Positions 55,588 through 63,533 of a stretch of 64,000 bases of DNA are shown here, one piece after another (within the stretch, counting starts at the first letter, position 1; the number at the start of each line of letters is the position of its first letter). The stretch is taken from positions 44,995 to 108,994 of IMG/VR virus record IMGVR_UViG_3300038492_000258, one strand, 5' to 3'. Both the position numbers and the translations under genes were made by a program. The stretch is from a virus (taxonomy: Duplodnaviria > Heunggongvirae > Uroviricota > Caudoviricetes). The notes beneath the pieces are model-generated. The model made no database searches, had not been told where the DNA came from, and saw only the letters and a list, made by a program, of their open reading frames with translations.

Positions 55588-55786
55588 GGAAAATTCCTCG
55601 CCGTGTCATTTCTTCCCGGGCCGCCGCCGCATCGTCTGCCGCTTCCCTGCCCGTTACAGTATCGTTACCGTATCGCTCGGCCCGGTCGGATTCTCGCTCG
55701 TAAATATTTCGTAGCTGGGAATCCGTTGCCCCATGCACGAAATTCGCGAAATCAGGATCGCCGGAAAAATTTAACCGGAAATTCAT
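55577..55786 (-). CDS. Hypothetical protein (69 aa)
   Basis: ATGA coupling; GGAG SD. Confidence 0.6.
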   Translation of the reverse strand: MNFRLNFSGDPDFANFVHGATDSQLRNIYERESDRAERYGNDTVTGREAADDAAAAREEMTRRGIFHES

Positions 55787-56085
55787 TTCTCCTCCGGAGT
55801 AAATCTTTCCAGGTCATCCATAAGGCGAGCCATCGCGGCATCGTCTAGGCGGATCGGGTGCCGTTGCCCCTTTGCTTGGGGGCGTAGTTCTTTGGTCGGC
55901 TCGTTTTCGCGTTCCATGCCCCAAGATACCCCGCCCAGGGAGAAAGGCAAACGGAAACCGGGATTTCTCTTTTTGAAATGTTTTCGCTTGCCCGCAAACG
56001 TGCAATCGGCTAGTTTTTGCATGTCACATGGGCAGGAAATCTTTTCTTCTTTTTTACTCAGTCCTGACGTGGAACTTGCTTCCAC
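55783..56085 (-). CDS. Hypothetical protein (start uncertain)
   Basis: ORF track. Confidence 0.45.
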   Translation of the reverse strand: MEASSTSGLSKKEEKISCPCDMQKLADCTFAGKRKHFKKRNPGFRLPFSLGGVSWGMERENEPTKELRPQAKGQRHPIRLDDAAMARLMDDLERFTPEEK

Positions 56086-56280
56086 GTAGAAATTTTTTCC
56101 ACCTCGCCCACGCCCGCCCGCATACGTGTTAATTACACTGTAATAGCGTTTTAGGTGGCTCTAGCCATTTTTATGGCCCATTTTGGGCCATTTTTGCATT
56201 TTATACCACGAAAAGCCGCGAAATACCTCGAAAGTACATAGTTATGCCAAAATTCCGCTAATTTTGACCCTCCCCCATGT

Positions 56281-56517
56281 TTACCACGATTCTTGATCGT
56301 TGGTAAAATCAAACCCCGCAATATTTGCCAGAAAGAATGTCGTGGCGGAAGATTTTGGTTCCTTAGGGACAACCTGAATAAAGGTAATCTTTTCTTTATC
56401 CAGAACTACCGAATCCTCTTCCACATGGAAAAGAGTTTCCACACCAGAAACAAAGAAGATTTTAACACGGGTAGCCCGTTCGATCGTTCTACTTTTCGTG
56501 CCGTCGCGAAATTCCAT
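56281..56517 (-). CDS. Hypothetical protein (78 aa)
   Basis: ATG 8 nt after TATACT. Confidence 0.6.
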   Translation of the reverse strand: MEFRDGTKSRTIERATRVKIFFVSGVETLFHVEEDSVVLDKEKITFIQVVPKEPKSSATTFFLANIAGFDFTNDQESW

Positions 56518-56525
56518 AGTGCCTA

Positions 56526-56553
56526 AGTATACTAGATTCTACAGAGAATGCAA
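56526..56553 (-). promoter_or_regulatory. Sigma70 promoter TTGCAT-N16-TATACT, leaderless
   Basis: Spacer contains ATTCT-N4-AGAAT. Confidence 0.65.
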
Positions 56554-56746
56554 GTTAAATATAGGTTAACTTTTAACGGCTGTGTTTGGGGCAGTCCTAG
56601 AACGTTTTTCGCCCTCTCACAAGCTCTAGGATCGCCGCAAATAACGCCAATCGCTCTAACACACTGATACCAAACCACTTAGCAAAACGTCGCACTATAG
56701 CCCCTCTATAGGTCTCCTATTAGTCTGCTATAGGGTAGGATAGCTA

Positions 56747-57001
56747 TTATTGCTGGAAAAGGGTTCTATCGGGTTCGTTATCCTGTAGGCTTACAGGTAG
56801 CCTAGAATATCTTTCTGGTAGGAGATTGATTCGCAGTCGCTCCCTAATATCTTGGCCGAGCGTAAGAATTTCGATCATGATGGCCCCTAACATTACCATA
56901 ACATAGAAGTTTGGCAAGGGAAATCCGATAGAAAGATTCGCGGCGATCACCCCAATAAAAACGAGAAACCCTAGCCCCGTGCCACGGTTAACTTTAGCCA
57001 T
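56747..57001 (-). CDS. Small two-TM membrane protein (84 aa)
   Basis: Two hydrophobic segments at the N-terminus. Confidence 0.6.
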   Translation of the reverse strand: MAKVNRGTGLGFLVFIGVIAANLSIGFPLPNFYVMVMLGAIMIEILTLGQDIRERLRINLLPERYSRLPVSLQDNEPDRTLFQQ

Positions 57002-57386
57002 TGTCTTTTATTTTCTGTCCTTTTCGGATCCTCTCATATCGCCGATTGATTTCGCCCCAGTCGATATTTTTGAGCATTTTCTCTTGCTCGGGCGTCAACT
57101 TAAAATCGTATTGATCTTTTAAAGAATAGTGCGGATCGTTTAAAATTGGCTGGTTAAAACGTTCTTTTTCGATATAATCAAAAGCGGTTTTCTTGATTTT
57201 ATACGGATCGCGAAAGCTTTTCTCGATAAGCTCGGAACGCTCACGGATAACGTATTCGTCCGCTTCAAACGAAATCGGTAGGGGCTCAGGATGTCCCACG
57301 CTACAGCGATCCATGGCCCGCGAGAGCCTACGCCCGTCGTCGGGCTCTCGCCCCTCAGCTTGCCAGCGATCCCAAAAATATTTCAC
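56994..57386 (-). CDS. Hypothetical protein (130 aa)
   Basis: ORF track; GTGA coupling. Confidence 0.65.
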   Translation of the reverse strand: MKYFWDRWQAEGREPDDGRRLSRAMDRCSVGHPEPLPISFEADEYVIRERSELIEKSFRDPYKIKKTAFDYIEKERFNQPILNDPHYSLKDQYDFKLTPEQEKMLKNIDWGEINRRYERIRKGQKIKDNG

Positions 57387-57538
57387 GGCAGGGTAATTAC
57401 TTCCGCTTGTTCGATTTGCGAACGTTTTTCCGGATGTTGCTCGGTTGCTAGAGCAATAATTTCGCTATACAATAGACCGTCCGCACCCTTGACAACGGCA
57501 ATAGTTTCGCCGTTAAATTTAAGATAATAGCAGACCAT
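57383..57538 (-). CDS. Small hypothetical protein (51 aa, not in track)
   Basis: MVCYYLKFNGETIAVV...EVITLP; fills the gap, TGA overlaps the next GTG. Confidence 0.6.
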   Translation of the reverse strand: MVCYYLKFNGETIAVVKGADGLLYSEIIALATEQHPEKRSQIEQAEVITLP

Positions 57539-57540
57539 TT

Positions 57541-57882
57541 CTACGCATGTGCCAAAACGGCAGCCAGGTAATTTTTAGCAGCCCGAACAATACAGCGAGG
57601 AAATTGTTTCGCATCGTCCAAGATTTCGCCAGCAACCCTGGCACACATTTTATCGGAAGATTCTACTAGGTCGGTAAATACTTCCTCGGCCGCTTCCATG
57701 CTGCCGAATACGGCGGGCCCGGCCGCTTGGTCCCCGAAAATAATAACCCAAATCCGCAATTTTACGTCAGTTTGGAAAGTCCAAAGGTTAATATGTTCCC
57801 AGCAAAAAAGAGCACTCGCCCGAGGATGCTTGCCAAACTCTTTGTAATCGAATTGTTGCCGTTCCGTCCCTGCGGTGGTCAT
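57541..57882 (-). CDS. Hypothetical protein (113 aa)
   Basis: SD AAGGA; preceded by a GC hairpin at ~57901-57928. Confidence 0.65.
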   Translation of the reverse strand: MTTAGTERQQFDYKEFGKHPRASALFCWEHINLWTFQTDVKLRIWVIIFGDQAAGPAVFGSMEAAEEVFTDLVESSDKMCARVAGEILDDAKQFPRCIVRAAKNYLAAVLAHA

Positions 57883-57941
57883 GTTTTTCCTTTAAATTTA
57901 GGGGCGGCGGGCTCGTCCCGCCAGCCCCTTAGTATATCCGA

Positions 57942-58520
57942 CTAGCCCCAGGGAAGCCCGTACTTTTTCGCACAAACCGGCCCATAGCCCGCGTCCAAGC
58001 TCTCGACCGTGGTAAGCTCTTTCGAGCAATAGACGCAAGAGCCCATTTCCTTACCGCTCGCGGCAGAGACGCCAGCGGGATCGGCTTCGAACCGCTGAAT
58101 AAAGGCCAACGTTTCGGGCGTCATAGGTTGCCGCTCATTCGGGTAGAATTTTCCGTCCAGGCGAATCCTACCATAAAACTTGTTCTCACCGTAAGGCTTT
58201 CCATCGGTAACATTTACCGTTCCAGGTTCGCGGGACGCGTCACCCGCCAGCGAAAACTTTACTTCTTCCTTTTGGAAAAGAATTCGCACCCGCTTGGCTC
58301 CGTGCTCTTTGGCGTGCTCAAAAAGCTGGAAGATATTTGCCAGTGAAATAGTTTCCGGCTTGACGCTAGGGGTAGCCGCATCGGTGGCAAGTTTTTTCAG
58401 CCACCATTCCTGTTTAGGAGAGAGAAAACCTTGCCGGTCAAGTTGCGTTAGCAGACTTTCCGCAAAATCGTTACGGGTCGGTTGCTGGGAAAGAATGTCG
58501 CGGGCTTCGATAACGTTCAT
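57942..58520 (-). CDS. DUF6011-like Zn-ribbon protein
   Basis: C-terminal CVYCSKELT..ES...GYGPVCA. Confidence 0.75.
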   Translation of the reverse strand: MNVIEARDILSQQPTRNDFAESLLTQLDRQGFLSPKQEWWLKKLATDAATPSVKPETISLANIFQLFEHAKEHGAKRVRILFQKEEVKFSLAGDASREPGTVNVTDGKPYGENKFYGRIRLDGKFYPNERQPMTPETLAFIQRFEADPAGVSAASGKEMGSCVYCSKELTTVESLDAGYGPVCAKKYGLPWG

Positions 58521-58556
58521 CGTTCGTTCCTGTATTGGGTTACTGAATACGCATAC

Positions 58557-58584
58557 AGTATACCCGCTCCGCGAGCGAATGCAA
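58557..58584 (-). promoter_or_regulatory. Sigma70 promoter TTGCAT-N16-TATACT (leadered, SD AGGA)
   Basis: Spacer hairpin CGCTC-N3-GAGCG; 36-nt leader. Confidence 0.65.
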
Positions 58585-58585
58585 A

Positions 58586-58813
58586 CTAATTTTCTTTTTT
58601 TCTATTCTCTTTGCCCCGCTTGATTCCCTCACGGAAGGCAGTATCCGCAATATTTTCCCAACGTCTAGTTTCTCGAATAAATGCGTCAGTTATTTCCGCA
58701 TCGACAAAATTTACAGCCGCTTCCATTTCCGCTATTACTTTCGCCCGTTCCGCTTGCATTGCGGCAAGGTCAGCGGCGATTGTCTCGAAAATGTTTTGCG
58801 GCTTATTTTTCAC
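58586..58813 (-). CDS. Small helical hypothetical protein (75 aa)
   Basis: ORF track. Confidence 0.6.
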   Translation of the reverse strand: MKNKPQNIFETIAADLAAMQAERAKVIAEMEAAVNFVDAEITDAFIRETRRWENIADTAFREGIKRGKENRKKEN

Positions 58814-59079
58814 AGATTAAGCGATTTTGACGTATGCTTAAAGAATTCGGGCCATCCTAGGCTAGCGGCTTCCGGGCCGCTATGATGGACAATATTACCG
58901 TCCCGATCGGTTAGCATCATCCAAAACCCTTGGCCTAGCCCGTCTAGGTTTCGGATTACTTCCATCTTGAATCCGTTTGGGAATTGAAACTTTCGAATCT
59001 GTACCCTACGAATTCTTCCGTCAGGAGTATGCTTGGTAATATTTTCCTGCTCGCCTACTTGTAGTTGTCGAAGTCCCAT
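58810..59079 (-). CDS. Hypothetical protein (89 aa)
   Basis: ATG 8 nt after TATACT. Confidence 0.65.
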   Translation of the reverse strand: MGLRQLQVGEQENITKHTPDGRIRRVQIRKFQFPNGFKMEVIRNLDGLGQGFWMMLTDRDGNIVHHSGPEAASLGWPEFFKHTSKSLNL

Positions 59080-59087
59080 AGTGTTCT

Positions 59088-59115
59088 AGTATATCACGCT
59101 ATCGCGAATTGTCAA
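59088..59115 (-). promoter_or_regulatory. Sigma70 promoter TTGACA-N16-TATACT, leaderless
   Basis: Direct sequence match. Confidence 0.72.
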
Positions 59116-59133
59116 GTTAGCTCCGCTAAATTC

Positions 59134-59316
59134 CTATTCCGCGTCCGGATTGAATTCGGGCCGATTGTATTCCCTAGCCCAGTCGTCTAGTTCCGCATCC
59201 GTGATAGGAGCCCGCTCCGGGGCTTGCCAGTTAGCTTCCTCGCGTTCCCGCTCGTGTCCAGGACAAGGGCCGTAGGGCCCGCAGTGAGGACACGAAATAT
59301 CTTCCCACCAATTCAT
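59134..59316 (-). CDS. Small Cys/His protein (60 aa)
   Basis: CPHC...CPGH. Confidence 0.6.
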   Translation of the reverse strand: MNWWEDISCPHCGPYGPCPGHEREREEANWQAPERAPITDAELDDWAREYNRPEFNPDAE

Positions 59317-59318
59317 TG

Positions 59319-59600
59319 TTAAGCGTGCGTTACGGTAACTAAGAACCCATCGCCCCTATGATGGGGACCGAGAAAATTTTGTGCCCCTTCCTCAAACCAA
59401 AATTCCCAGTGAATTTCTTGCCCGTTTTGTTCGATCATATCGAAGAAAGTATTTCCTTCGAAATGTTCCGGAACCCACATTAGGAAATCCACGTCATCCC
59501 CATTAAACGCGGCTTTTTGTTTGACTACGTCCGGGGCTAGGTGATAGTCCCAAACCGTGATAGGGGCGGCTAGGTCTTTGCTTTCTTTTGCGTGACTCAT
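59319..59600 (-). CDS. Hypothetical protein (93 aa)
   Basis: ATG 8 nt after TATACT. Confidence 0.65.
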   Translation of the reverse strand: MSHAKESKDLAAPITVWDYHLAPDVVKQKAAFNGDDVDFLMWVPEHFEGNTFFDMIEQNGQEIHWEFWFEEGAQNFLGPHHRGDGFLVTVTHA

Positions 59601-59608
59601 TACGCTAC

Positions 59609-59637
59609 AGTATAGCCCATGGGTGGGCTATTGTCAA
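59609..59637 (-). promoter_or_regulatory. Sigma70 promoter TTGACA-N17-TATACT, leaderless, with 8-bp inverted repeat
   Basis: ATAGCCCA-N4-TGGGCTAT spans the spacer. Confidence 0.75.
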
Positions 59638-59844
59638 CTACTTTTCGTGTTCTTTACAAAACCCCTGAAAATAGGGAGGATTTTCGCATCCGGGCTCGAT
59701 ACAGTCGCTAGAATCGTGGCCACACTCGCCGCAAACAAGATGCACCGGGCTATAATGTCTACATTTGTAACAAATGCGTAAATTAAGCCTTTCTACAACA
59801 GAAACTAATTTCTCCATTGTAGTAGGAAAATTATTCTTCTTCAT
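59638..59844 (-). CDS. Small Cys-rich Zn-binding protein (68 aa)
   Basis: CYKC...CGEC...C...C...CKEH. Confidence 0.6.
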   Translation of the reverse strand: MKKNNFPTTMEKLVSVVERLNLRICYKCRHYSPVHLVCGECGHDSSDCIEPGCENPPYFQGFCKEHEK

Positions 59845-60571
59845 TAGCCTCTGTACAATCCTCGCAAAGCCATTCGTCTACGTCCACCATAGCCATACAT
59901 TCGCCACAATGTTTAAGAATTGAAAAGGTAAGCTCTCCAGTTTCTAGATCCAGAGTTACGGAAAGTTCTTCCTCTCCGAAAAATTCGTGCTTTTGAATAG
60001 AAGAAGAAAATAGTTCTGTCAGGTCTTGGAAAATACCCGTCAGGCGATTGCGGCCAATTTTACCGTATTTTTCGATTCCGCGTCGATATCCGCGACGGAA
60101 CCAATCGGCATAATTTTCTAGGATGGATTCGGCAATTTCTTCCTCGTAAAATCCTTCCTCGATATCAGTCGAAAATTCTTCTCGCAGGGCTTTTCTTCCC
60201 GCTGAAATAATTTCCGCTAGATCCTCTTCGATTTCTTCGATTTCGGGCTCGGGAGTAGGGCACGCGTAAACCGTTTCCAACGCCCGATAATGGTTAATAA
60301 ATTCTGACCCGATATCGTCGAGCGTCATAGGCCGCCCGTACGGCTCGCTAGCGGGATAGTATCCCGTGCCATAACGAAGCCAATACATTACGGCAATAGC
60401 TTCGATTTCGTCCGCTACAGTACCTAGCTCGAAATGCTCTAGAACGTCGTGGGCGAGGCCCGGAGCGTAGTTACTGGGATCGTATGCATCCCCGCACCCC
60501 TTTAGCTCCCAGCCCATTTCCCCGGTCGCTTCCCATTCGGTCCAGCGAAATTCTTTAGTTAGTAGTGCCAT
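59831..60571 (-). CDS. Acidic protein with HDxxEH motif and C-terminal Zn ribbon (246 aa)
   Basis: GLAHDVLEH...DEIEA; CGEC...CEDC. Confidence 0.7.
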   Translation of the reverse strand: MALLTKEFRWTEWEATGEMGWELKGCGDAYDPSNYAPGLAHDVLEHFELGTVADEIEAIAVMYWLRYGTGYYPASEPYGRPMTLDDIGSEFINHYRALETVYACPTPEPEIEEIEEDLAEIISAGRKALREEFSTDIEEGFYEEEIAESILENYADWFRRGYRRGIEKYGKIGRNRLTGIFQDLTELFSSSIQKHEFFGEEELSVTLDLETGELTFSILKHCGECMAMVDVDEWLCEDCTEANEEE

Positions 60572-60580
60572 AACGCCACT

Positions 60581-60608
60581 AGTATAGCCGCTTTTGGCGT
60601 CTAGTCAA
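60581..60608 (-). promoter_or_regulatory. Sigma70 promoter TTGACT-N16-TATACT, leaderless
   Basis: ATG 9 nt after the -10 box. Confidence 0.7.
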
Positions 60609-60794
60609 TTACTTTTCAGAAATTACCGAGTCTGATTTATACCATTTCCAGCTATCGCCGCCGAAAATATTTTTGTCAAACAATTCTTCCGCTTTACTAA
60701 AAGCTTGCTCTTTATTTTCGGCTTCTACTTGACAAACCCAACAGACAGAACCATTTGCTAGGTGTGCATTTAGTTCTACTGTAAAAGTTTTCAC
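60609..60794 (-). CDS. Hypothetical protein (61 aa)
   Basis: ORF track; MKTFTVEL...VEAENKEQA. Confidence 0.6.
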   Translation of the reverse strand: MKTFTVELNAHLANGSVCWVCQVEAENKEQAFSKAEELFDKNIFGGDSWKWYKSDSVISEK

Positions 60795-60979
60795 GAATAA
60801 ATTCCGCCGTCTTGCTCGAATCCCGCTAGAATGTCGGGCAGGTAACGTGGTTCGATTACATAACCGTCACCCCACCGCATAACGTCACTGGCAAGATTTT
60901 CTCGGAGCCATTCATCGGCGGGGCCGTCCATAGGTTCAAGAATTGTAATAGAACCTTCGTCGCGAATTTCGATTTGCAT
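60791..60979 (-). CDS. Hypothetical protein (62 aa)
   Basis: ORF track; coupled. Confidence 0.65.
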   Translation of the reverse strand: MQIEIRDEGSITILEPMDGPADEWLRENLASDVMRWGDGYVIEPRYLPDILAGFEQDGGIYS

Positions 60980-60987
60980 AACTTGCG

Positions 60988-61176
60988 TTAACGCTGTTCA
61001 GTAGTCGGAAAAACTTGGATATCGGCAGGGTATCCGTCGTGTTCGATAAGGTCCGCTTTTACGTCGTCGGCAGACATGCTAGGAATATAGTACAGGGTTT
61101 TAAACTTGCGATTGTTTCTGTAAATATCCCAGCCCTTATTAGCTCGCATGGGTTCCCTTTCGTTTTCATTTCCCAT
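60988..61176 (-). CDS. Hypothetical protein (62 aa)
   Basis: ATG 9 nt after TATATT. Confidence 0.6.
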   Translation of the reverse strand: MGNENEREPMRANKGWDIYRNNRKFKTLYYIPSMSADDVKADLIEHDGYPADIQVFPTTEQR

Positions 61177-61185
61177 TACGCTAAT

Positions 61186-61213
61186 AATATATCCTATTTC
61201 AGGAACGACGCAA
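61186..61213 (-). promoter_or_regulatory. Sigma70-like promoter TTGCGT-N16-TATATT, leaderless
   Basis: Spacer TCCT-N5-AGGA. Confidence 0.55.
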
Positions 61214-61333
61214 GGCTTTTTTGCCTAAAAGCCAGAGACCGTATCCAGCCCAGGCAATAGCGGCCGGGGTAGCCATTACCATAAATCCGAACAAAATTGC
61301 TTGTACGTGTGGGTTAAGAGCCAGTATCAGCAT
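61199..61333 (-). CDS. Small membrane peptide (44 aa, not in track)
   Basis: MLILALNPHVQAILFGFMVMATPAAIAWAGYGLWLLGKKALRRS. Confidence 0.5.
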   Translation of the reverse strand: MLILALNPHVQAILFGFMVMATPAAIAWAGYGLWLLGKKALRRS

Positions 61334-61541
61334 TGTGCAGCCTTTGTAAAGCTTCAATAACTAGCGGCAATTGCTCCGGAGTTAGAGTAATGGTCGCCGC
61401 TGGCTTTTGGTCGTCGGTATACGTACGAATTTCCGTAAGCCCAAGCCCATCCCGATCGGGACCAATATCGATACGTTCGCCAGTTTGGTTATTCCACACC
61501 TGGAACAATTGTTCTAGCTCATATTCGGGCGTTTCACTCAT
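61314..61541 (-). CDS. Hypothetical protein (75 aa)
   Basis: ORF track. Confidence 0.65.
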   Translation of the reverse strand: MSETPEYELEQLFQVWNNQTGERIDIGPDRDGLGLTEIRTYTDDQKPAATITLTPEQLPLVIEALQRLHNADTGS

Positions 61542-61778
61542 CGTAAATTTCCTGTCATTGTACTAAGTAGGTATTTCCTCGTCTCCCCGCCCAGTACGGC
61601 TATAGCCTTGCCGCGGTTCAATGACTTGGAAATTTATGCTGGTGAGTTTTGATTCATTCGGGGTACACAAACCCCTAGCCGATTTCCCCGGGCCCGGCAC
61701 GCAAATTAAAAATTGGGTTTCCTATTTAGGTGTCGGCCTCCGGCGAAACCCGTTCCTTCGACCGCATTCTATTATACC

Positions 61779-62426
61779 CTAGTGTAGGGCGTAGTCAACC
61801 GATTTAACCCTTTTATCCCAGCATGCCCGACAGTCTAGGCACGCGTTCCCTTGCGTCGGGGCGGGGCATCGGCGGCCCGTGCGGCTCTCTACCGTGCTCG
61901 CAACGGTTCCCGGGAGAGGGTTCGCCCTTTGGTGAATCATGGCGGCAGAGACGCGTACAACCAAGTTAGCAGGAAATTTAGTTCCGTTAGCCTTTTGCCA
62001 ATCTTGAACCATTTTCCGCTCTTTGGTGGGCAGCCAAAATTTCACACTAGGAATTTGTTTCGCAATCCACACGATGGCGGAAAGATGTTCCAGGCTTTGT
62101 AGGTCGCCCGAATCGTGCCAGCGAAATACCCTATCTTTACTTTCTTTTTTACTAAGCTTGCGGGCGATCAATTCGGCCATATTTTCGGCCCACGTATCCA
62201 TATCGCCCAGCAAAATTTGCCGCCGTTTGGCTTGGGCCTCACGGACAACCGGAAAAACGTACATACCCTTATGGGCGTAACATTTTCCGCACACACTACC
62301 GCGTTTCTGTCGGAGATATTTTCCTAGCAGACAATCCGCCGCCGGAATCCCATACGCAAGGCCCGGCATTTTTGAGGGGCTACTAAGCCCGCCTACCAAT
62401 TCGGTTAGCTCTTTGATTGTTCGCAT
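61779..62426 (-). CDS. Gp88-like (radical-SAM-related, Cys-rich) protein
   Basis: SKMPG...C...CGKCYA, FRWHDSGDL, FWLPT, PANLVVRVS, CPA...C.DCRACW. Confidence 0.8.
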   Translation of the reverse strand: MRTIKELTELVGGLSSPSKMPGLAYGIPAADCLLGKYLRQKRGSVCGKCYAHKGMYVFPVVREAQAKRRQILLGDMDTWAENMAELIARKLSKKESKDRVFRWHDSGDLQSLEHLSAIVWIAKQIPSVKFWLPTKERKMVQDWQKANGTKFPANLVVRVSAAMIHQRANPLPGTVASTVESRTGRRCPAPTQGNACLDCRACWDKRVKSVDYALH

Positions 62427-62435
62427 TACAGGGAT

Positions 62436-62463
62436 AGTATACCCCGCTTTGCGGGTTAGTCAA
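62436..62463 (-). promoter_or_regulatory. Sigma70 promoter TTGACT-N16-TATACT, leaderless
   Basis: Spacer hairpin CCCGC-N3-GCGGG; ATG 9 nt after the -10 box. Confidence 0.72.
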
Positions 62464-62632
62464 GTTTATATCCGCTATTTTCCGTATTCGCGATTAGCCA
62501 ATCTCGTTCCCGTTCTGTTAATTGTGTTTGTGCTACAATTTTTAGACGTAGGGAATAAGCTTCGCACCAAGCCTCATAGGAACAATTTCCCCAAAAATTA
62601 TTCCACAATTCGCGATCGGTTTTCTGTGTCAT
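62456..62632 (-). CDS. Small hypothetical protein (58 aa, not in track)
   Basis: MTQKTDRELWNNFWG...SGYKLD; ATG 8 nt after TATAAT. Confidence 0.6.
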   Translation of the reverse strand: MTQKTDRELWNNFWGNCSYEAWCEAYSLRLKIVAQTQLTERERDWLIANTENSGYKLD

Positions 62633-62640
62633 CTCTTGCC

Positions 62641-62668
62641 ATTATAGTCTAGGGTTTGCCACGTCCAA
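62641..62668 (-). promoter_or_regulatory. Sigma70-like promoter TTGGAC-N16-TATAAT, leaderless
   Basis: Direct sequence match. Confidence 0.6.
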
Positions 62669-62760
62669 ACCGCTAGAACTACAACCCAAGCGGGACAACC
62701 GAGAAGCCAAGCAATAAACCCAACAAAACTGTTTATCGCAAGATTTACAAGTAGTTGCAT

Positions 62761-63240
62761 TTAACCCAACCTTTGCATAAGGGCTTCGCGGGGATCCAAG
62801 CGGGCAGCGGTTTCCGCACTAGTACGCTTGAAACGCTTTCCACCCGTAATCCGAAGGTAAGTTTTTACCGGATCGGCAGATTCTTTCACTTCGGAAATTT
62901 GTTCAGGCGAAAGCCCGTGCTCTACAGTCGTAGAACTTTTTTCCGGCAGATTGAGCCTAACGGAAGCTTTTTCCACCGCTGCTAGCACGCGTTCGGTAGC
63001 GGCTTCGATTGCGGCGATAGCATCGGCCCCCGTCCACCCCTCGCCTAGCTCTTCGTCGAGCAAACGAGCGGCAGCGAATTTAAACTGGGAAAAATATCCC
63101 GTGATTTTCCAAACATCTTCTTTACGAAGAGTGCCAGCGGCGGGGCCTTGGGTAATTTCTTCGCCAGCAGGGCAAAGTTTTTCGATGCACCAATTGTTCT
63201 CATCGTGACGAACAATCCGATAGCTAGGTTTCGTTTCCAT
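62761..63240 (-). CDS. Hypothetical protein (159 aa)
   Basis: ATG 6 nt after TATACT. Confidence 0.7.
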   Translation of the reverse strand: METKPSYRIVRHDENNWCIEKLCPAGEEITQGPAAGTLRKEDVWKITGYFSQFKFAAARLLDEELGEGWTGADAIAAIEAATERVLAAVEKASVRLNLPEKSSTTVEHGLSPEQISEVKESADPVKTYLRITGGKRFKRTSAETAARLDPREALMQRLG

Positions 63241-63246
63241 GTCTAC

Positions 63247-63274
63247 AGTATACCCGCCTAGCGGATATTGTCAA
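63247..63274 (-). promoter_or_regulatory. Sigma70 promoter TTGACA-N16-TATACT, leaderless
   Basis: Spacer hairpin CCGC-N3-GCGG. Confidence 0.72.
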
Positions 63275-63533
63275 GCACAAACCACCCGGAACATTCCGGA
63301 AAGTTTTTCAGCTCTGTAGTCTGTGCAACGTGGGGATTTTCGTGATTCGAACAATTCCAAGAAGATTGGAAAGATGTTCCCTGTACAATATATCCAGCAT
63401 CTTGCAACGCTAGAAATGCACCCCAAAAAGACAGCAAAAGTAGTGTTATTTTAATAACGAAATTAGTTCCGTTGTTGCGGTTCCACATACAACCCAACGT
63501 AAACAACACAATTGCAGAAATAATTACGTACAC
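63258..63533 (-). CDS. Two-TM membrane protein; probable GTG start 63533
   Basis: Hydrophobic part of track ORF 63258-63653; the upstream part shadows 63524-63745. Confidence 0.5.
   Translation of the reverse strand: MYVIISAIVLFTLGCMWNRNNGTNFVIKITLLLLSFWGAFLALQDAGYIVQGTSFQSSWNCSNHENPHVAQTTELKNFPECSGWFVLDNIR

Noticed and set aside
55128-55703. 191-aa plus-strand ORF
   Set aside because: Lies opposite four coupled minus-strand ORFs and a consensus minus-strand promoter
56151-56372. 73-aa minus-strand ORF
   Set aside because: Overlaps the promoter-supported 56281-56517 gene by ~90 nt, with no start signal
61660-61752. Plus-strand words ACGCAAA and GCCTCCGG..AAACC resembling a c-di-GMP-I riboswitch
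   Set aside because: Spacing and order do not fit the aptamer, and the orientation is antisense to local transcription
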